Below, in pieces: positions 38,611 to 52,790 of a stretch of 64,000 nucleotides of DNA. Every line of letters begins with the position of its first letter. Position 1 is the first letter of the stretch. A program made the translations under genes and the position numbers. The stretch comes from Eledone cirrhosa (Eukaryota), in assembly GCA_964016885.1 (NCBI GenBank), contig OZ024740.1, forward strand, positions 160,332,001-160,396,000. Reading direction: 5' to 3'. The notes below the pieces were generated by a model. The model was given only the letters and a program-made list of their open reading frames with translations. It did no database searches and had not been told where the DNA came from.

Positions 38611-40827
38611 TCCTTACACCCCTCTCACCCATCCCCCAGTTAACAATGTGCATGTGATTGGCATTAGGAAGGGCATTTAGCTGAGAAGCCAAGCCAGAAA
38701 TATTTCTGAAATAGCAAGACATGGTTACCTGTGTCTTGCTAATACAGTGTGTAAAATGGATGTCAAATGGTTATAATAACATCTGTGCACAAACTTGAAA
38801 AGCTTGCCGAGTCTTGTGATTGTGAAATAAACCTCTTAAGACAGATATATAACACATGCTGTTATATATCTGCTTATATGTTAAGCACTTCTGTGTTTTT
38901 CAAGAAAAAGAAAAATTAATGACAATACTCACTGTTCGCAACACATGTTAGCTGTTAATTAACTCTATACACATAGTTAGTGCCTATATTTGTTACAATA
39001 CTTTAAACTTGCTTAATGGTTTAAATATAATTATCTGAAGCTACATAAATTAGAAGAAAAAAAAAAAAAAGCAATCAAAATTAAATGAAAAAGAATGAAT
39101 CATGAAGTGTATGTTTTATTCAGACATGAATGAGAACTTGTGATATCACTAATGTCTTTTACAAAAACATTAGTGAAATCAGTGAAACAAGATTGCTTTA
39201 ATTGAGGATTGAACGATGACAGCAAGACTCTTTACTGGAGATATATCTACTACAATAATAATTGTATATCATATAATTGATATAATTGAGGAATTAATGA
39301 CAATAACATTAGGTACAGGAATGTTATTATGGTTAAAATATTTTTCTTTGCAATCACATCAGTTCAGGTTCTAGCCCACTGTATCATACCTAACTCTACT
39401 ATTGCCTTGAATTGATTAATATCTTGTGACAGAAATGGGCAGATGGAAACAAAGCCCATTATATAAGTGTAAATGTTTGTTTATCTCTATGTCTTTGTTT
39501 TGTATTTGAAACCACCAGTGATGATGTCTCTTTATACCTTACACAAACAAATGTCTTGGAGCTCAATGGTTTGATATATGAAGGTCAGTACCTTACTGTA
39601 GACAAATAACTGTTTCTACTTCTGGCACAAGGCCAGCAAGGTCAGTAACCCTACTGTAGACAAATAACAACCATAATAAGCATTAGCAACATGAAAGGTG
39701 TCAAGGTGAAGAATATTACTGCAAAAAGGTTTGTCCAACCCATGCTTGCATGGAAAATTGTTTGTAAAAATTATGATGAAGATGTTGGACAGATTTTATG
39801 AGCAAAACTAACCAGCAGGAGACCCAGGGGCAGACTCTGAGCAAGATGGTTGGATAACATCCATGAGCTTAGCTGGTCTCAATTGTGGATCCAACTGAAT
39901 AAGTTGGAGGTGATTGCTTCTGACAGGACCTGCCCTCTGACCCTCTTAGGAATAAGTGGGCAAAGAAGTTGATGATGTGGTGGTGGTGTGGATTAAGAAT
40001 AGCAACTTTGTATCCCTACCCATTCTTGCATCATCAACATTTAACATCCGTTTGTTACTACTAGCAAAGGCTGGACTCGTTCTAGGTGATCATGTCTGTA
40101 CTTAATCTGCAATTTATTGTGGCATCAATATATGTCTTTGACATTATTTAGGATTTCTCTCATCTCTAGCATATTTAATTCATATTCACAGATATCAACA
40201 AGGGCTATCATAATAACAACGGTAGCAAATTTGTTGACATATAATGATTCAGTTATAGTGAGGTAATTCTTTTTATTTTCTCCATGTTCTTTAAAAAAAA
40301 TTCTCTACAGGAATTCCCCTGTGTGAGACTTCTTTTGAAATACAACTACCTTCCTGTCTTTTATATTCATTCCTGTATGCAGTAAATTTTCAGAGTTTTA
40401 AAAACATAGGAGAAAATACATTGCAGTCAGTGCATCCTAAGTGGAAATTCTGACAATGTCAAGTTTACCTTTCATCGTTTTGGGATCGATAAAATACTGT
40501 ATTAATCCAGAATTATTAAAGAATCAGAGATCTTTTGTAATATTTGTTCTGGCTCTTTGCATTCTGAGTTCAAATCTTGCTCTGGTCCATTTGGCTGGTA
40601 GACTTAATCTGGTATCCAATTCAATACCTCCTCCTGGACCTTTGGTGGAGTCTATGCTGTTGTAAGAATTTGGACCTGGTGTCTCGCTTTAGGGGACCTC
40701 CTTCTCTTCCCCAGTCTTGGTGGCTTTAAAGATGTAATGGGCACAATTATTCCTTCCTGACTAAATAGTACAAAAGAAAAAGTTTTTGGTATATAATTTT
40801 ACTGTGGTATGACATTTCCTTGAAAAC

Positions 40828-41000
40828 ATTGGTAGAGGGTCGGATGCCATGCTTTCCAGCATAGTTACGTCCCTTTTCGGTCTGAGTTCAAATCCCGTCG
40901 AGGTTTTACTTTGCCTTTCATCCTTACCGGGTCGATAAAATAAAGTACCAGTATTGAACTGGGTAATTGCTGGCCTTGTGCCAAAAGTAGAAACAATTAT
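40828..41000 (+). mobile_element. tRNA-derived SINE (family A)
   Basis: gagttcaaatcc B-box, gcctttcatcc..ggtcgataaaat domain, gtagaaacaattat tail. Confidence 0.85.
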
Positions 41001-41317
41001 TTTTTTAATCATATTTGGAATGGCTTTTTATCAAAATAACTTATTATGGAAACAAATTCTCAGCAAATTACTTTACAAAATAATATCTTTATAAAACTAT
41101 TCTAGCTATACAAGATTTTTGAATATATAACAATTTTCAATAAAATATAAAAATAGAATTTTCATCATAAAATTTCATTTACAAAAACAGAAATAGAAAT
41201 TATAAAATATCTCCCTGTATCAGTTTCATAAGTTAAATGCTAGAGATCATAGTGAAATATAAATTAGCATGAATAAAACATTCAAAATATTTCTATAATT
41301 GAGTTAGTTTATAACCC

Positions 41318-41473
41318 ATGAAAAAGGTAAAGTTAACCTCGACGGGATATGGTCTGAATTCAAATCCTGTCGAGGTTAACTTTACTTTTCATCCTTACGG
41401 GGTCGATAAAATAAAGTACCAGTAATGTACTGGGTAATTGCTGGCCTTGTGCCTAAAGTAGAAACAATTATAA
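41318..41473 (+). mobile_element. 5'-truncated SINE (family A) with short 5' inversion
   Basis: 41322-41348 is the reverse complement of ~41363-41389. Confidence 0.75.
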
Positions 41474-41759
41474 TGGATGTCATGTTGTTAACGATCGAAT
41501 AATTAATCATCTGTGATCTATAGTACTTATGAAATTGGTACAGGTAGAAACATCTGAAGTTTTCAATTTATTATATATCTTTAACAACAAGAACAACAAT
41601 AATAATGAAAATAATGGTTTGTTCATGAGCCACGTAAGGCTCATGTTAAGAAAAATATTGAAGGCAGCACAGGCAGCACAATGCTACAATGTGGATTTTT
41701 GCATGTAAAAAATGTTTAAAAAAAAAAAAAAAAAGTATGGTCACCCTGACTACTAGGGC

Positions 41760-42420
41760 AAGTTCCCTCTTCCAGTTGTTCTCCAGTCTATAGGTATGCA
41801 CCTATAGAATGGAGAACAACTGGAAGAGGGAACTTGCCCATTCACTAGACTGATACTTGCCATTCTCACCCACTTTTCCACAACTTGTTTGGAAAGTAGC
41901 ACTTCCCTTTCCACCATGATTTTCTTCATCAAATAAAACCTGAATAAGTCAATCCGGGCTTCACCAAAGAGAAAAGCGCGTGTCTTCAACCCTTTCAAAT
42001 CTCTCCACCACATGAACTCTTTCACCATGGCCATCAGGCAGATAAAATCTACCGACCTTTCTCTGATGAAGGAAAGCAGCAATACTTGGCCATTGGATGA
42101 GTGTGTGCAGAATGGGTTCAACACCCTGAACAAATTTTGGATATGCCTGGCTGATGGTACTTCCATGGTTTTAGTGATTATCTCAAACTGGCAATGTTCC
42201 ACCATTCTACTGCCAGGCCAGGGATTTCTGGAATTTATGTATGGGCCCTGGACTGAAAGCTATCTGGAAAATTGATTTTCATCAATGCCCAGACACTCCT
42301 CAACAACATTATCATTTTTACCTGCCATTAAACCTCTATAGAACATCAAGGTGAGTTTCCATCAATTGTATTGACCAACTATCTGAGGGCTATGAGTGCT
42401 TGAAGACATTTCCAGCATAA
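41760..42420 (-). pseudogene. Probable 3' fragment of an L1/Tx1-like LINE ORF2
   Basis: Coding-like C-terminal pattern (..MAMVKEFMWW..KG..LFRFYLMKKIMVER); assignment by resemblance only. Confidence 0.4.
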
Positions 42421-43212
42421 CATGGCTGGCCATAGGCAAGTCCCAAGCAGGACTAAAAACCACGTCCATGATGCACATGCTTAAGTATCAAGTGATGGGA
42501 TTACTTGAAATCGAGTTGCAGCCATCATCATGATGTATGTATGCATGCATGCATATATGTATGTGTGATATATATCTATATATACATATCTATATATTTA
42601 TGTATATATGTATGTTATGATAGAGATTGAGATAGTCATCATCATCACCATTATTTAATGTCTATTCTCCCTGCTAGTAGCTGTAGTAATTTAATGCGCA
42701 GCAATGAGGTGAAAACATTGTAAAGTAGGAGTGAGGGTTAGTTGGAGAGAAGAAGAAATCAAAAGTAACATTAAATTGAAGATATGAGCAAACTTCCTGA
42801 TACATGTTTTCTCAATTATATAATTAGCAGAACCCTAAGAATGTCAAATAAATCAGCACATTGCTCAATCATATTTTTCCCTGATTTTAACCAAAGTTAT
42901 GATGAAGTTATTATATTTGAAAAGTTCAGTGAAACTGGTAGAAAGAAGTATAGAAAATATTAGAGTGAATTATTTATTGGAAAACAGATTTATGTGTATG
43001 TATTTTTCATAGATTTCAAATTAGATGTTACAAATGACTGAAATATATTTACAATCATTTCATAGGAAAGGTGATATATGGGTTTGTCCATTTGTTCAGA
43101 TTGCCATTTATATACATGTATGTTTATGTGTATATGTATGTAAATATGTATGTGTATTTATGTATGTATGTAAGTATGCATACATGTATATGTGTATGCA
43201 GCTATGTATGTA

Positions 43213-45131
43213 CCATGTTTCCCCGATTATAAGCCATGACTTATATTAATTTTTACTCCGAAATGTACCACTACGGCTTATTTTTGAGGGAGGGGTTCAC
43301 ATACCAAAAAAAACGACACTACGAAACTGAAAATTACAAATTCGGTAAATGATTGGAAATTACGAAAAAACAATCAGCATTTACGCGCAACATTTACTTG
43401 AAAGATAAAATTTATTAAAAATTAACACACCCTTTAATTCAAAAACTCATGAGCGAAATAATCCACTAATTTATTCAAAAATAATCATGTCATCCTGGTC
43501 TGGAATGTCATTGTTTTCCAAATCAGTGGATTCAATGATTCCTCTGGAATTTTCTTGTGACTCAATTGCCTGCAGAATTTTCATCCCTAGTCTTTCATGT
43601 TGAGCAATAGGGGTTGAATTGAATGGAGAGTTCTTATCCAGATAGCCTGCTCATAGTGCATTCATGACACAGCTATCTGTGATTTTGTTCCATGAATTTC
43701 CCACCCAAGTCACGATCTCATGGGCTTCATGAAATTTCCCCCGCTCATTTCTTGCCATTCTGTTTTCGATGTAGTCATTTATTTCCATGCGCAGATGGTC
43801 CTTGAATGGTTTATTCAGTGCGATGTCAAGAGTCTGGAGATAGGCGGTCATTCCTGCGGGAATCATGATTTGATCGATTCTTCTTTCTGCAAGAAAGTTC
43901 TTCATATCTTTGGCGTGGTGCGTGCTGGCTGAATCCCAGACTATGAGACCTCTTTGGGTTCCACACAAAATCAATGGCAGCATGAAATCGACCCACTTCC
44001 TTAAAACTGCATGTGTGCACCACGCCTTTTCAGTTTCCAGAACACAGATACCTGAAACGCGTTCAATTTTATCTTTCTTGCCTTTAGTGATGATAAGAGT
44101 TGAGGCTTTGCTTCCATCGAGACGAATTGCCAAGATACACGTAACTCGTGCACTTTCGTAACCAGTGGATGGAGTGTAAATGACGACACACCCCTTTGAT
44201 CAATTGTAGATAGAGAGCTTTGACCCATGAATATTGCTGTTTCATCCATAGCAATCATGTTGGAGAGATGGTAGTTAGAAAAGTCTATTCCATCAAGAAA
44301 AGACTTAAATGCGAGTGCACGTTTAATAATCTCAGTATCGTCCAGTTTGAACAGTGTTGTCGATCTTTTCAGAGAAAATTTGTGTTTGCTGAAGGAAATT
44401 ATCCAGCCAGTGTTTGGATGCTTTGAATTCTTCTGGAACTATACCAAACTCTAGTGCATTTGTAAGGGCAAATGTTTGAATATCAGCCCTGTGAACAACC
44501 AAAACTCTGGCACTTCTTTCAGCAATCCATTCACATATGGCGTCTTCCAGCTCAAGAAATATTGGTTGTCGACCAGATCCACACTTACGTTTCTTTGAAT
44601 TTCCTTGTCCAGTTTATCGTAGTCCATTCTCCATCTTTGAACCATTCAGAGATCCGGATTCTTTTGTTTGCAGAAAATAGTAAGACTCTTGCCCATTGAT
44701 TCCTCCACAATTCCGTTCTTGTACTCGACTGTATAACGCTTCCTTCCTTTCATCTTGTCTAGGGCTGAAAATAATCTTCTGCCCTGAAGTTACTGATAAG
44801 CCATTACTTCCGGTTTGTACCCTCATTTGCATAAACAATATTGATTGCACGCACTTTCCCCCTTTCCTTTTGTTAATTTCATTATGGATTTTTTTTCACT
44901 TCCGTGTATTCCGCAAACTTCTTATACACCCGCTTATCAGTTAGTTTTACATTAAGATACAATCCTGTTCTATAATGGCTGATTGCGCCAATTTTCATAG
45001 CTGGCCATTTCTTTCTTTTGGCATTCATTTTTGCTACGGATTATTTTTGGGGCATGGCTTATATTAAATCCATCCTGAAATATAGTGCTACGGCTTATTT
45101 TCAGGGGTGGCTTATAATGGGAGAAACACGG
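43213..45131 (-). mobile_element. Pogo-superfamily DNA transposon with TIRs and TA target duplication
   Basis: ~24-bp TIRs CC(A/G)TGTTTC(C/T)CC(G/C)ATTATAAGCCA, with TA at 43211-43212 and 45132-45133. Confidence 0.9.
43470..44750 (-). pseudogene. Pogo-type DDD transposase, disrupted
   Basis: N-terminal RKRYTVEYK..VQRWR; catalytic blocks IAMDETAI, VWDSASTH, IPAGMTAYLQTLDIALNKPFK. Confidence 0.85.
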
Positions 45132-46611
45132 TAGATATACATGTATGTGTGTGTATATGTGTGATGAATATAAGACAAATTAAATACAACATGACACAGA
45201 TTATTGCACTGGTATGATAATGTGATAAGAAGAGCAAGAGTTGTATTAAAAAGTTCTGAGTGTGTGGAGCTGATGGGAACTGAGGAAAGTATGGGATGAA
45301 GTTATGAAGAATTACCTCAAGAAACAGAACTGCATGAAGGGGATGACAAGACTAAACTGTCTGGCATAATACAAAAGACCTTCTCACCTATACAAGCACT
45401 GTGACACAAAAAGTAAATGCAGTGAGGTGATCATGGACAAACAGGAGTTTGAGAGGACCCTTCAGTTTGGATGAGCACATGACAAACTCCTTATTGCTGG
45501 TACCATGATGAAATGCAACCAGTACATCCTGTAATTCTTTAGTATTGGTGCCAAGAAAAATGCACCCACCACATTTTGTAAAGAAATAATTGTGGTGCCA
45601 CAAATAGACACATCTAGTTGACAATATAAGGTAGTTGGCATTAAGAATAAGATCCAGCCACAAAAAACCATGTCAAAAATGGATTGTATGATATACATTG
45701 TTGGATGTAAAATGATGCTGATGACACTCACACACACTCAATCACAATGTGTGTGTGTGTATTTACATATGTGTGTGTGTGTTTACATATACATGTATGT
45801 ATGTATATGTGCATCTCTGCATGTATAAAGACATATATATCAATAGACTCTTGAATGAAACATGTTCTCCAACCAATCTAACATTTTAATAACACTAAAT
45901 AAGAACAGAATCAGACTGTGATAACAGATCCAACACATTCCAGCATGGAAAGCAAAATGATGACAATGATGATATAACATTTTATATCATATATTCATTG
46001 CCACCATCATCATCTTATGGCTTCCTTCCATGCTGACAAGAGTTTGAGGCGTTGTCACAGTCCTAGATTAGATTGGTCAGAGATACCTCATTTTGCTAAT
46101 ATGTTCAATATTGATCATAGTTTCTACAGCTGAATGCCCTTCCTAAAACTAACCACTTTGCAGAATCTACTGAGTACATTTTATTGTGGCACCAATATTA
46201 CTGATTTATTTTATCATGGCACCAATATTACTAATTTATTTTATTGTGGCACCAACACTAGAAAATTCGTAATGTGAGACTGAAAAATCTATTCTTACTT
46301 ATAATGTCTCCATTTGATCGCCAACTAAATTACACAGCACACAGCATGCATTCTATCATGGTACCATTATTGTCTCAGTCTGTAAGAGCTCTTTGCACTC
46401 CATGTAGTCTCTAATCCCTTACCATATTCACTTTTATTGTTGTAACGCTTATACTGGTTAGTGGGTATTCTATACTCTTGTGAATTGTGAGTGAACTTCA
46501 TCCTACATCATCTCCTTTATGAGGTTCAGTTTCTTGAGGTTTGTATAAGCACATATGAATGAATGTGTATGTTTTCTCTCTAAGTGAAGGTCACTTTGAT
46601 ATAAAATGTGC

Positions 46612-46727
46612 TACTTTGTTTGCATCCAATGATAAACGTCCGACTTTGTTCGCATCCAATGATAAACGTCTGACTTTGTTTGCATCCAATGATAAATGTC
46701 TGACTTTGTTTGCATCCAACGATGTAA
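46612..46727. repeat. 30-bp minisatellite, ~3.8 copies
   Basis: Unit actttgtttgcatccaatgataaacgtc(c/t)g. Confidence 0.95.
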
Positions 46728-47949
46728 ACCAGTTCTTCTTTTGGGGAAAATGCATTTGATGTTCAGAGTGTGGGATTGGCCCTGTGCAAAGCCTTTCCCC
46801 ATTTAAAAAAGTTTCAAGCCTAGGCAACGCTTGATATGTGACATTGTTTGCAATGCATGGTATTGCTGGCCATAGGCAAGTCCCTAACAGAACTAAAATG
46901 CCACATCCGTGATTCTCATGCTTAAGTATCAAGTGATGACATTACTCAAAATTGAGTTGCACCCATCATGTATGTATATACTTTTTATATGGGTGTGTAT
47001 TGTGGTAATTATAAAAGCACTGAACGTTATGTGCATTTATCTTTATATTTCTTTGTTTCCATTCCGTGCTAAACTGCATTACACATTAGTTCATTATTGG
47101 GAAGTTTCAGAATAATCATCAGTTCTTCTAAGAGAAGAGGTTATTTGCTTTAAGGTAAGTGGCTCACCAAATTCTCAACATTTGGAGAAAAGGACACCAT
47201 GAGTAACCCTCATGAAACATTTCATAACACAATATAGACAATTCAGAGAGAAAGAGGGGAAAAAGAAAGGCTGGAAATATAGATATATCAAGAAAAATCA
47301 GACCAGTACCTGACTAGAACTTTATTTTATGAACCAAAACGGATGAAGGAAAAATAAATACTTTAAGTTATTCTATGCAATGCTCTAATAACTCTCTCAA
47401 TTCACTGTCTTAATAGTATATTGATACTACATGAATGAAGATGCTTCAATTACAGTATTTGATATATAGTTACCCTTTAGAAATTTCATATTATCGTCTT
47501 CTATGATATTTCCTGATTAACTTGACTACTAAGCAATTTTATAAGCTAGATGTATCAAGTGGGGTTTAGAACAACAAACGTTTGTGAATCCGTCTATAAT
47601 GTGACTTTATACAATATTTCACACATCAAGAGTCATCAAAAGAATCTTAAAGCAATCATACAACTTTCACTAATAGCAACCAATTCTCTCTCAAATCATA
47701 CCATATTTTAAACAAGTCTAGTGTATTTCCCACAAGTGTTTACAGATGGGCTTCCTCATGATTACTCAATCTTATAGGAATAGCAGCCAATTTTTCTTTA
47801 AATAATGAATGACAAATTAGATAGTGTACATTTAGATACCCTAAAAATATAAGGTTCATTGCTGCAATGCTTTTGTTTATAGATCTGCACAATTAGGGCT
47901 GACCTAATCTATTGAAGCAGTAAGGGAACTTATCTACACTTTAACATAT

Positions 47950-48410
47950 AGCACATTTGACATCAGTACAGTTCTCTATTACAATCAGTTATGTCATAAC
48001 CGACCATGTGATATCACTGCAGAGGTCTATTCTAAAGAGTTATGATAGAACCTACCCAACCACAACACTACAGAGGGTATTTAAAACAGTTATGTCATAA
48101 ACTACCACATGACATCATTACAGATGTCTATTATTGACAGTAATGATATAACTCATCATGTGACATCGCTACAGTGGTTAGGCAGTTATTGCATGACCAA
48201 TCATATGACATCCCTACAAAGCTCTCTTATAGATAGTCATAGTTATGACATAACTCATCATGTAACATGTCTACATTTGTCTATTATAGAGAATTATTAC
48301 ACAACAGATTATGTGACACTCCATTCATATTATGACAAAACCCTCCTTACGACATTATAATCAGGTATGTCATAAGTCATCATGTGATGTCACTATAGCT
48401 GTCAGTTACA
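47950..48410. repeat. Degenerate ~55-60-bp tandem repeat
   Basis: Recurring agttatg.cataa...catgtga.atcactacag. Confidence 0.65.
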
Positions 48411-50229
48411 TTCAATAATGCATCAGATGTGTTAATATAATTATGACCTTGGTTTCACTTTGTTTATCAAAAAGAAACAGAATCTTTGGTGACTCATGGT
48501 GTGTAAGAAAGGGTGTGATAATTTGCACTTTACCCAAATGGCTATTAGAGATGTATAATTGAAGAATTTCCAATTATGAATTGAAACCAAATGATGGACT
48601 TAGTTTGCCAATATCTAACTGTTACATTATGACCCCTCTAACCTGATAGAATGCTAATGAAAATAGCACTGCTAATAGTTTATAATTATACTAACAATAC
48701 TAATGCTGATAATGATGGTGATAACATTGATAGTTATTTAAGTTGAAATGGCATTTTAGAGTTTACTGGTCTTCTTCAATCAATCAATAACAGAGTGTGA
48801 TTATTGAATGCATGATCAACAGCCAACTCTCCTAAGAATAGTTATGTTCGCACTTTAGCAAAAGCAGTTAGTTTATTTTAAAACTTCCTAATGAAATTAA
48901 CTAATGAGAAGTAAATGGTGTCGGTACTTGTCACTGTGGTTATCATTGAGAGATGAATACTCAAGTCTTTGCGTCTAATTAATAATTATTGTTAATTATC
49001 TATTTTTATTAATTGAATCATTTATCAGGTTTCAATTCCCAATTTTAGACTGTTTTGAAGGCATAAATATTATATTGTCCCATTTCTTCTAATGAATCTG
49101 AGACTTCATACCTTTGATATTGAATTATTAGACAGAAGTGTAATAATTTCTACTATTTGTGGGACAAAGTTACATATTTTTGGTGGCAGAGAATAGTCAG
49201 TTATATTAACTTCAGTATTCAACAATGCAACATGCAACATATATTTTAAAGCCATTTAACTCTGATAAAACGGGTTAATCCTGCAGGCTCGATGACAGGC
49301 ATCATATCCATCATGGAATCTTTTTTGAGGCAATGTTTTATAACTGGATACCATTTTTAGCACTGACCCTTTTCTTTTTTGTCACCTCATACAACATAGT
49401 GGAATACAAGGGAATCTATTCTAAACCAGATACAAATAGGAACACTTTGGTGTTTATCTGGTATTTATTTGAACAACATGAACATAATAAAAAAACAATA
49501 CTGAAATTAGAATGTATAGGGCTGTAACTAACCATTGCAAAGCATTTTGTCTGTGCTCTACTGATTCATTGAATTCATTACCCGATTATGCAATCATCCT
49601 CACCGCCATCATTACCATTTAACATTTAACATTGATTTTCATGCTTGCAATAACTAATGAAAATGAATTTTGATGGGAAAGAAATCAACAAAACTTTGAT
49701 TTCCAAATAGTTCTGCCTTAGTTACAATATTTTTAACTGAGCTTCAATCAAATTCTAGAATAATCATGAATTGTTTTTATTGATTATGATAATGAGGATG
49801 ATGTCCTTTTTGAGGTGGATGAGATAAAGGCAAACAATGAATTGCAGCGAAAGATAGGAATACATCTATTCATAAATTGTGTGAAGAGAGATGTAATGAG
49901 ATGGTTGGGTCTTGTGTTGAGGAAGGATGAAAGAAACTGGATAATTAGAGTGATAGAAATGAATGTGGAAGGAAAGAGAAGAAGAGGAAAAGCAAGAAAG
50001 GCTGAAAAACATGATATAGGAGGATATGAAAGGGAAATGACTAATGATGAGCCTGATGGAGATACATTTTCTTTATTAATGTATGCAAACATGACTATTT
50101 ATGCCCACAAATACACATTCACATGTATATATATACTATATTTAGCATCCATGACTCTACAACTCATATCATGGGATAGCATAAGATAAATCACATGTAC
50201 ATACATATGTGTATGCATGTGTGAAAGTA

Positions 50230-51455
50230 GAAGAAAGCATATTGGGTTAACTAATTAGAGAAACAATCACATTACATGAGCTACACCAGGTTCCTACCTG
50301 GTGTCAGGAAGGAACACCACTGATAGTGAGCCAAGAGAAGGTCCTATATATATGTAAGCTATATCTAACCTTTGTACTACAATGTATTATTTGGTATTTT
50401 TAAGGAAACTGGGTGTGGATGAGTGTTGCATGAGAACAGTGCAAACCATGTAAGGAAGTGCTGTCAGTAAAATGAGAATTGGTGATGCATATAGAAACAA
50501 ATCAACATGCAGATAGGTATTCAACATGCTTCATAATTCAGCTCCCTCCTGTTTATTATAGTTATACATGTCATAACAATGAAGTTTATGACTGGCTGTC
50601 CATGGGAACTTCAAACTGCTGATGACCTGCTTCTTATTGCTAAATCTATACCTGAGCTTGAGAAATTCCTGCTGTGGAAACAGAATTTAAACTCAAAATG
50701 GCTCAGAGTGAACCTTGCAAAGACCAAAGTTTTAGTAAGTAGAAAAGAGGACAAGACTTTCATGCCATCAGGGAAGTGGCCATGCTTAATACAATGAAAA
50801 GGAGTGGTTAGGAACATCAATGATGTATGCAATTTAAGATATGAGTACACAAGAAGTGTTGTGGGATTGTAGGCAGGCTAACAGAAAATATAAACTTTGC
50901 ATATGATACCATAAAACTAGTTGTAGTTTCTGCTGCTTAGGTGACTTAATTAGCAGCGGAGGAGATTGCTATGACAGGATAATAGCTAGAATAAGAACAG
51001 GTGGAAAAAAGTTCAGATGTGACTATCTCTGTTGATTACAAAGGATTTTCTGATGTCTGCATGAGAAATACAATGTTTTTTACAGTGAGACACGGGTGGT
51101 AAACACAGCATATAGGTGGAGGCTGGAGAGAATTGAAGCAAACATGTTCCATTGGATATATAAAGTTTGTGTATATGAACAATGGAGCATTGATGAATTG
51201 ATGGAAAGACTGGGTATAAAAAGTATCAGATGTAGTGTGCAAGAGAGAATACTGCTATGGTATGGACATGTGAAGCATGTAAATGGTGAATGCTAAGTGA
51301 AGAAGTGCTAGGAGATGCCACTGAAAAGAAGCTCCAGCAGAGGTGGACCAAGAAAAACAATGAGTTGGGGCAGGCTGTACTGGGAAGTATCCATCTAATC
51401 CATGCAAGCAAGGGAAAGTAGATGTAAAATGATGATAATTATGATGATGATGGTG
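50230..51455 (+). pseudogene. Decayed 3' half of an RTE LINE (PHD-containing family) with (GAT)n tail
   Basis: TGCPWELQTADDL, VNLAKTKVLVSRK, PSGKWPC, LWYGHV; tail gatgatgatg. Confidence 0.85.
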
Positions 51456-51472
51456 ATACATCTATGTGCATG

Positions 51473-51503
<31 letters not shown>

Positions 51504-51504
51504 G

Positions 51505-51545
<41 letters not shown>

Positions 51546-52128
51546 GACATACCCATGGTGCCATGTGATATATGATCGAATAATGTTAAATATCTACACT
51601 AATTGCAAGAGTGTTTACATTTGCATAAGTACATATGCATATACTTATGTATATATGTATATGTGCTTGTGCATTATCCAACATTAAATTATACTACTGA
51701 TCTCTATATAATTGGTATGTACCGATAAATCAGACAGTACATACTGATTTTATGCCTGAATAATAAATCTATGAAATAATGATGATGGAAGTTTAGAGCA
51801 TAATCATTTTTTTTTTTTTTGTCATTATAATAATACATCCATGTGTAAATTTGTTTTCTCTTTTACATTCATAATAATGTATTTTTCCATTCAAATCGTT
51901 TTCTTTATTTCCATAACATTCATGGTAGCACATGTTGAAAAGTAAGCATGTATTTTATTGAGATTTATCCATTTATTACAATCATTCTTCTTCTTTTAAG
52001 ATGAAATGCATCAGAAGATGTATAGAGAAAGACCTAACTAGAATAGTACAAGTTAAATGGAATGCCTTGAAGGTTTTTCATTTCTATTTCAGTAAATAAC
52101 TTTTCTATATGCCTCAGGGACCTATATC

Positions 52129-52790
52129 CTTCTTCTTCTTCTTCTTCTTCTTCTTCTTCTTCTTCTTCTTCTTCTTCTTCTTCTCACATATTCCTGTGGG
52201 GGTTGTGGGGTAGCGTCCTCAGTTATGTCTCCCAGAGGATCTCATCAGACACAACCATAGCCAAACGAGACCAGCTGAGGTTAACAATGCTATCCAACGA
52301 TCTTACCCATGATCTACCTCTGGGTCTCCTGACAATTTGCTTTGCCCATTAAATCTGTCCAGCAATTCTTTTCTCAGACATTCTAACCTCTTTGCTGTAG
52401 TACTGGAGCTGTGGTCTCTTGTTTTGGAGATATGGTGTCTCTAGCTGGAGCAACACCCTAATCTTTGAGCTATGTACTCTATTGAGAATCATTACTCCTC
52501 AGACTCACTGTTGAAACATCATTTAGCTGCTTGTATTTGTGATCACAATATTTCAGTCTTTATCCAAGATTCATGGCCATAGTTAAGGATGCCGAATTAA
52601 AATCAGGGAGTTTGGCTTTTACACCTATATTCCCTTGTCTGACGACCAAGTGCTGAAGTTGACAGTGTTACACCTGCTCCAACAATTTTAATACCTAAAT
52701 CAGTCTCAGCATTCCATTACTCATGAACATGGCCCTGAGATAGATACTTAAACGTCTCCACCTGCTTCAGTGTAACTCCTGTCATATATA
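52129..52790 (-). pseudogene. Decayed RTE-like LINE 3' fragment with (GAA)n tail
   Basis: Minus-strand LKQVETFKYL, LNYGHESWI, RPRGRSWVR; (CTT)n at 52129-52184. Confidence 0.6.

Noticed and set aside
46612-46727. 30-bp repeats resembling a CRISPR array
   Set aside because: Head-to-tail units with no spacers, in a eukaryotic context; a minisatellite.
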